Shown piece by piece: positions 62,837 through 64,000 of a stretch of DNA of 64,000 bases (position 1 is its first letter; each line of letters opens with the position of its first letter). A program made the position numbers and the translations under genes. Below the pieces are notes generated by a model. The model saw only the letters and a list, made by a program, of their open reading frames with translations. It was not told the origin of the DNA and ran no database searches. Source of the DNA: Tubiluchus corallicola. Its lineage: Eukaryota; Animalia; Priapulida. The stretch spans positions 186,001-250,000 of the forward strand of contig JAQGDQ010000041.1 of NCBI GenBank assembly GCA_030141605.1. Reading direction: 5' to 3'.

Positions 62837-63522
62837 CTGTGAAATTAAAGGAACATCTAGCTTAAGAGAGAAAATGGCAAAATGCAGATAACTTAAAAAA
62901 TAGTTACTGGATTATTCCACTTTAATCTTATTGTACTATTTTAACAGAAGCCATTATTTAGCTTTCTAAGCTGTCACTGTGTTTCACTCTGTGTTGCTCA
63001 TGCATGGAGATGATCCACTGTCCTGTTACCTATTGTACAACAATATAAGTTACACATATTGCACCACCACGACCAAGACTACAATCGTCGTCATCATCAT
63101 CCTCATCCTCATTATCGGTCTCATAATCAATACCATTACCACTTTACAAATATAAACTCTACCGCGACCTCTGCTTAAGCATGTACAAGTACTCGTACTA
63201 AGCCCCTATGTATGAGCTACCTTAGTGAAAGATGTATGATGCCTTTGCACCTCTACCACCTAACTGCCTAACTGATAATTACCATTATTAGAAAATAATT
63301 ATCACCAGTCATTCATTGTCGTCATCATTATTGTTGTTGTCATCACCACTATCATTATCGCCATCATTTCATCAACATCTCCATGCAATGAATGCTAAAC
63401 GCTTTTTAGTCATTAATATTTTACAGTTTACATTCTTCACTGTTGTTCTTAATACTAGTCGATACTTTTTAATAGAACTTTTAATTAACGTCTCTTGAAG
63501 CTAATTTATCAGATTGGTTTAC

Positions 63523-63619
63523 CTGCTTGAAGGAAAACATTTATATCAACAGAATTGCCTGGATCCAACCGTCCTGAACTCGGCCTAACTTTGTACTTCT
63601 GAGGAGAAGTTGTCTTCAC
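63523..63619 (-). CDS. MOSPD2: MOSPD2-like exon (MSP domain)
   Basis: VKTTSPQKYKVRPSSGRLDPGNSVDINVFLQA, MSP/VAP signature. Confidence 0.9.
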
Positions 63620-63632
63620 CTAGAAAAATTCA

Positions 63633-63740
63633 ACAATGTAGATGCAATACAATGCAGATGCAATACAATGTAGATGCAATACAATGCAGATGCAATACAA
63701 TGCAGATGCAATACAATGCAGAATGTACAATGCAGATGCA
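63633..63740. repeat. 16-bp minisatellite (CAATACAATGYAGATG) x ~6.5
   Basis: Read directly from the sequence. Confidence 0.92.
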
Positions 63741-63939
63741 CAGTAAAGCTATGTGAATGACTTCCCATTCATGCCCTAGTGAGAGGAATTCTTGTAGTTG
63801 GTTTAGGGCGCACACCTCTAACAAGGCTGATACCACACAATAAATCAGGCAAATGGCTTTTGAAATGTAAAAGCTTTATTTTAGGTAAGAAAATTCATAA
63901 TAACTTATCTATTGGATCTCAAACACTAGAAAAGATTAC

Positions 63940-64000
63940 CTTGAATGCTAAAAATTTGTTTGTGATGTTAACTAGGTTTATCACTTGTTGTGACTCCTTC
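63940..64000 (-). CDS. MOSPD2: MOSPD2-like exon (partial, runs off window)
   Basis: KESQQVINLVNITNKFLAFK|gtaatc. EHRLRC and the short MSP-to-TM linker favour MOSPD2 over VAP; the CRAL-TRIO domain is not visible in this window. Confidence 0.8.

Noticed and set aside
63633-63740. CRISPR-like repeat array
   Set aside because: Contiguous tandem units with no spacers, inside a eukaryotic intron.

Overview
AT-rich, intron-rich animal (invertebrate-like) genomic DNA. Gene models were built by hand from splice sites and frame phase; identities come from recalled protein motifs, not database searches. Left to right: (1) 5' part of a GH27 alpha-N-acetylgalactosaminidase/alpha-galactosidase gene (-, runs off the left edge). 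(2) A FANCB-like gene on + that looks pseudogenised or truncated: in-frame stops, a frameshift and many TE insertions, although its central exons are intact. (3) A 5-exon gene (-) for a ~246 aa protein with an N-terminal chromodomain (intact aromatic cage) and a C-terminal transmembrane helix. Its 12-kb first intron holds an intronless RINT1 ORF on the same strand, with an acceptor in frame with the host exon 1, and a near-intact CR1/L2-group LINE. (4) A Jupiter/JPT (HN1) microtubule-associated gene (+) with two candidate microexons. (5) The 3' part of a MOSPD2-like gene (-) with a GC-AG intron. Many MITEs, LINE fragments and microsatellites are interspersed. Best novelty candidates: the tail-anchored chromodomain protein, its apparent shared first exon with the nested RINT1 retrogene, and the decayed FANCB.
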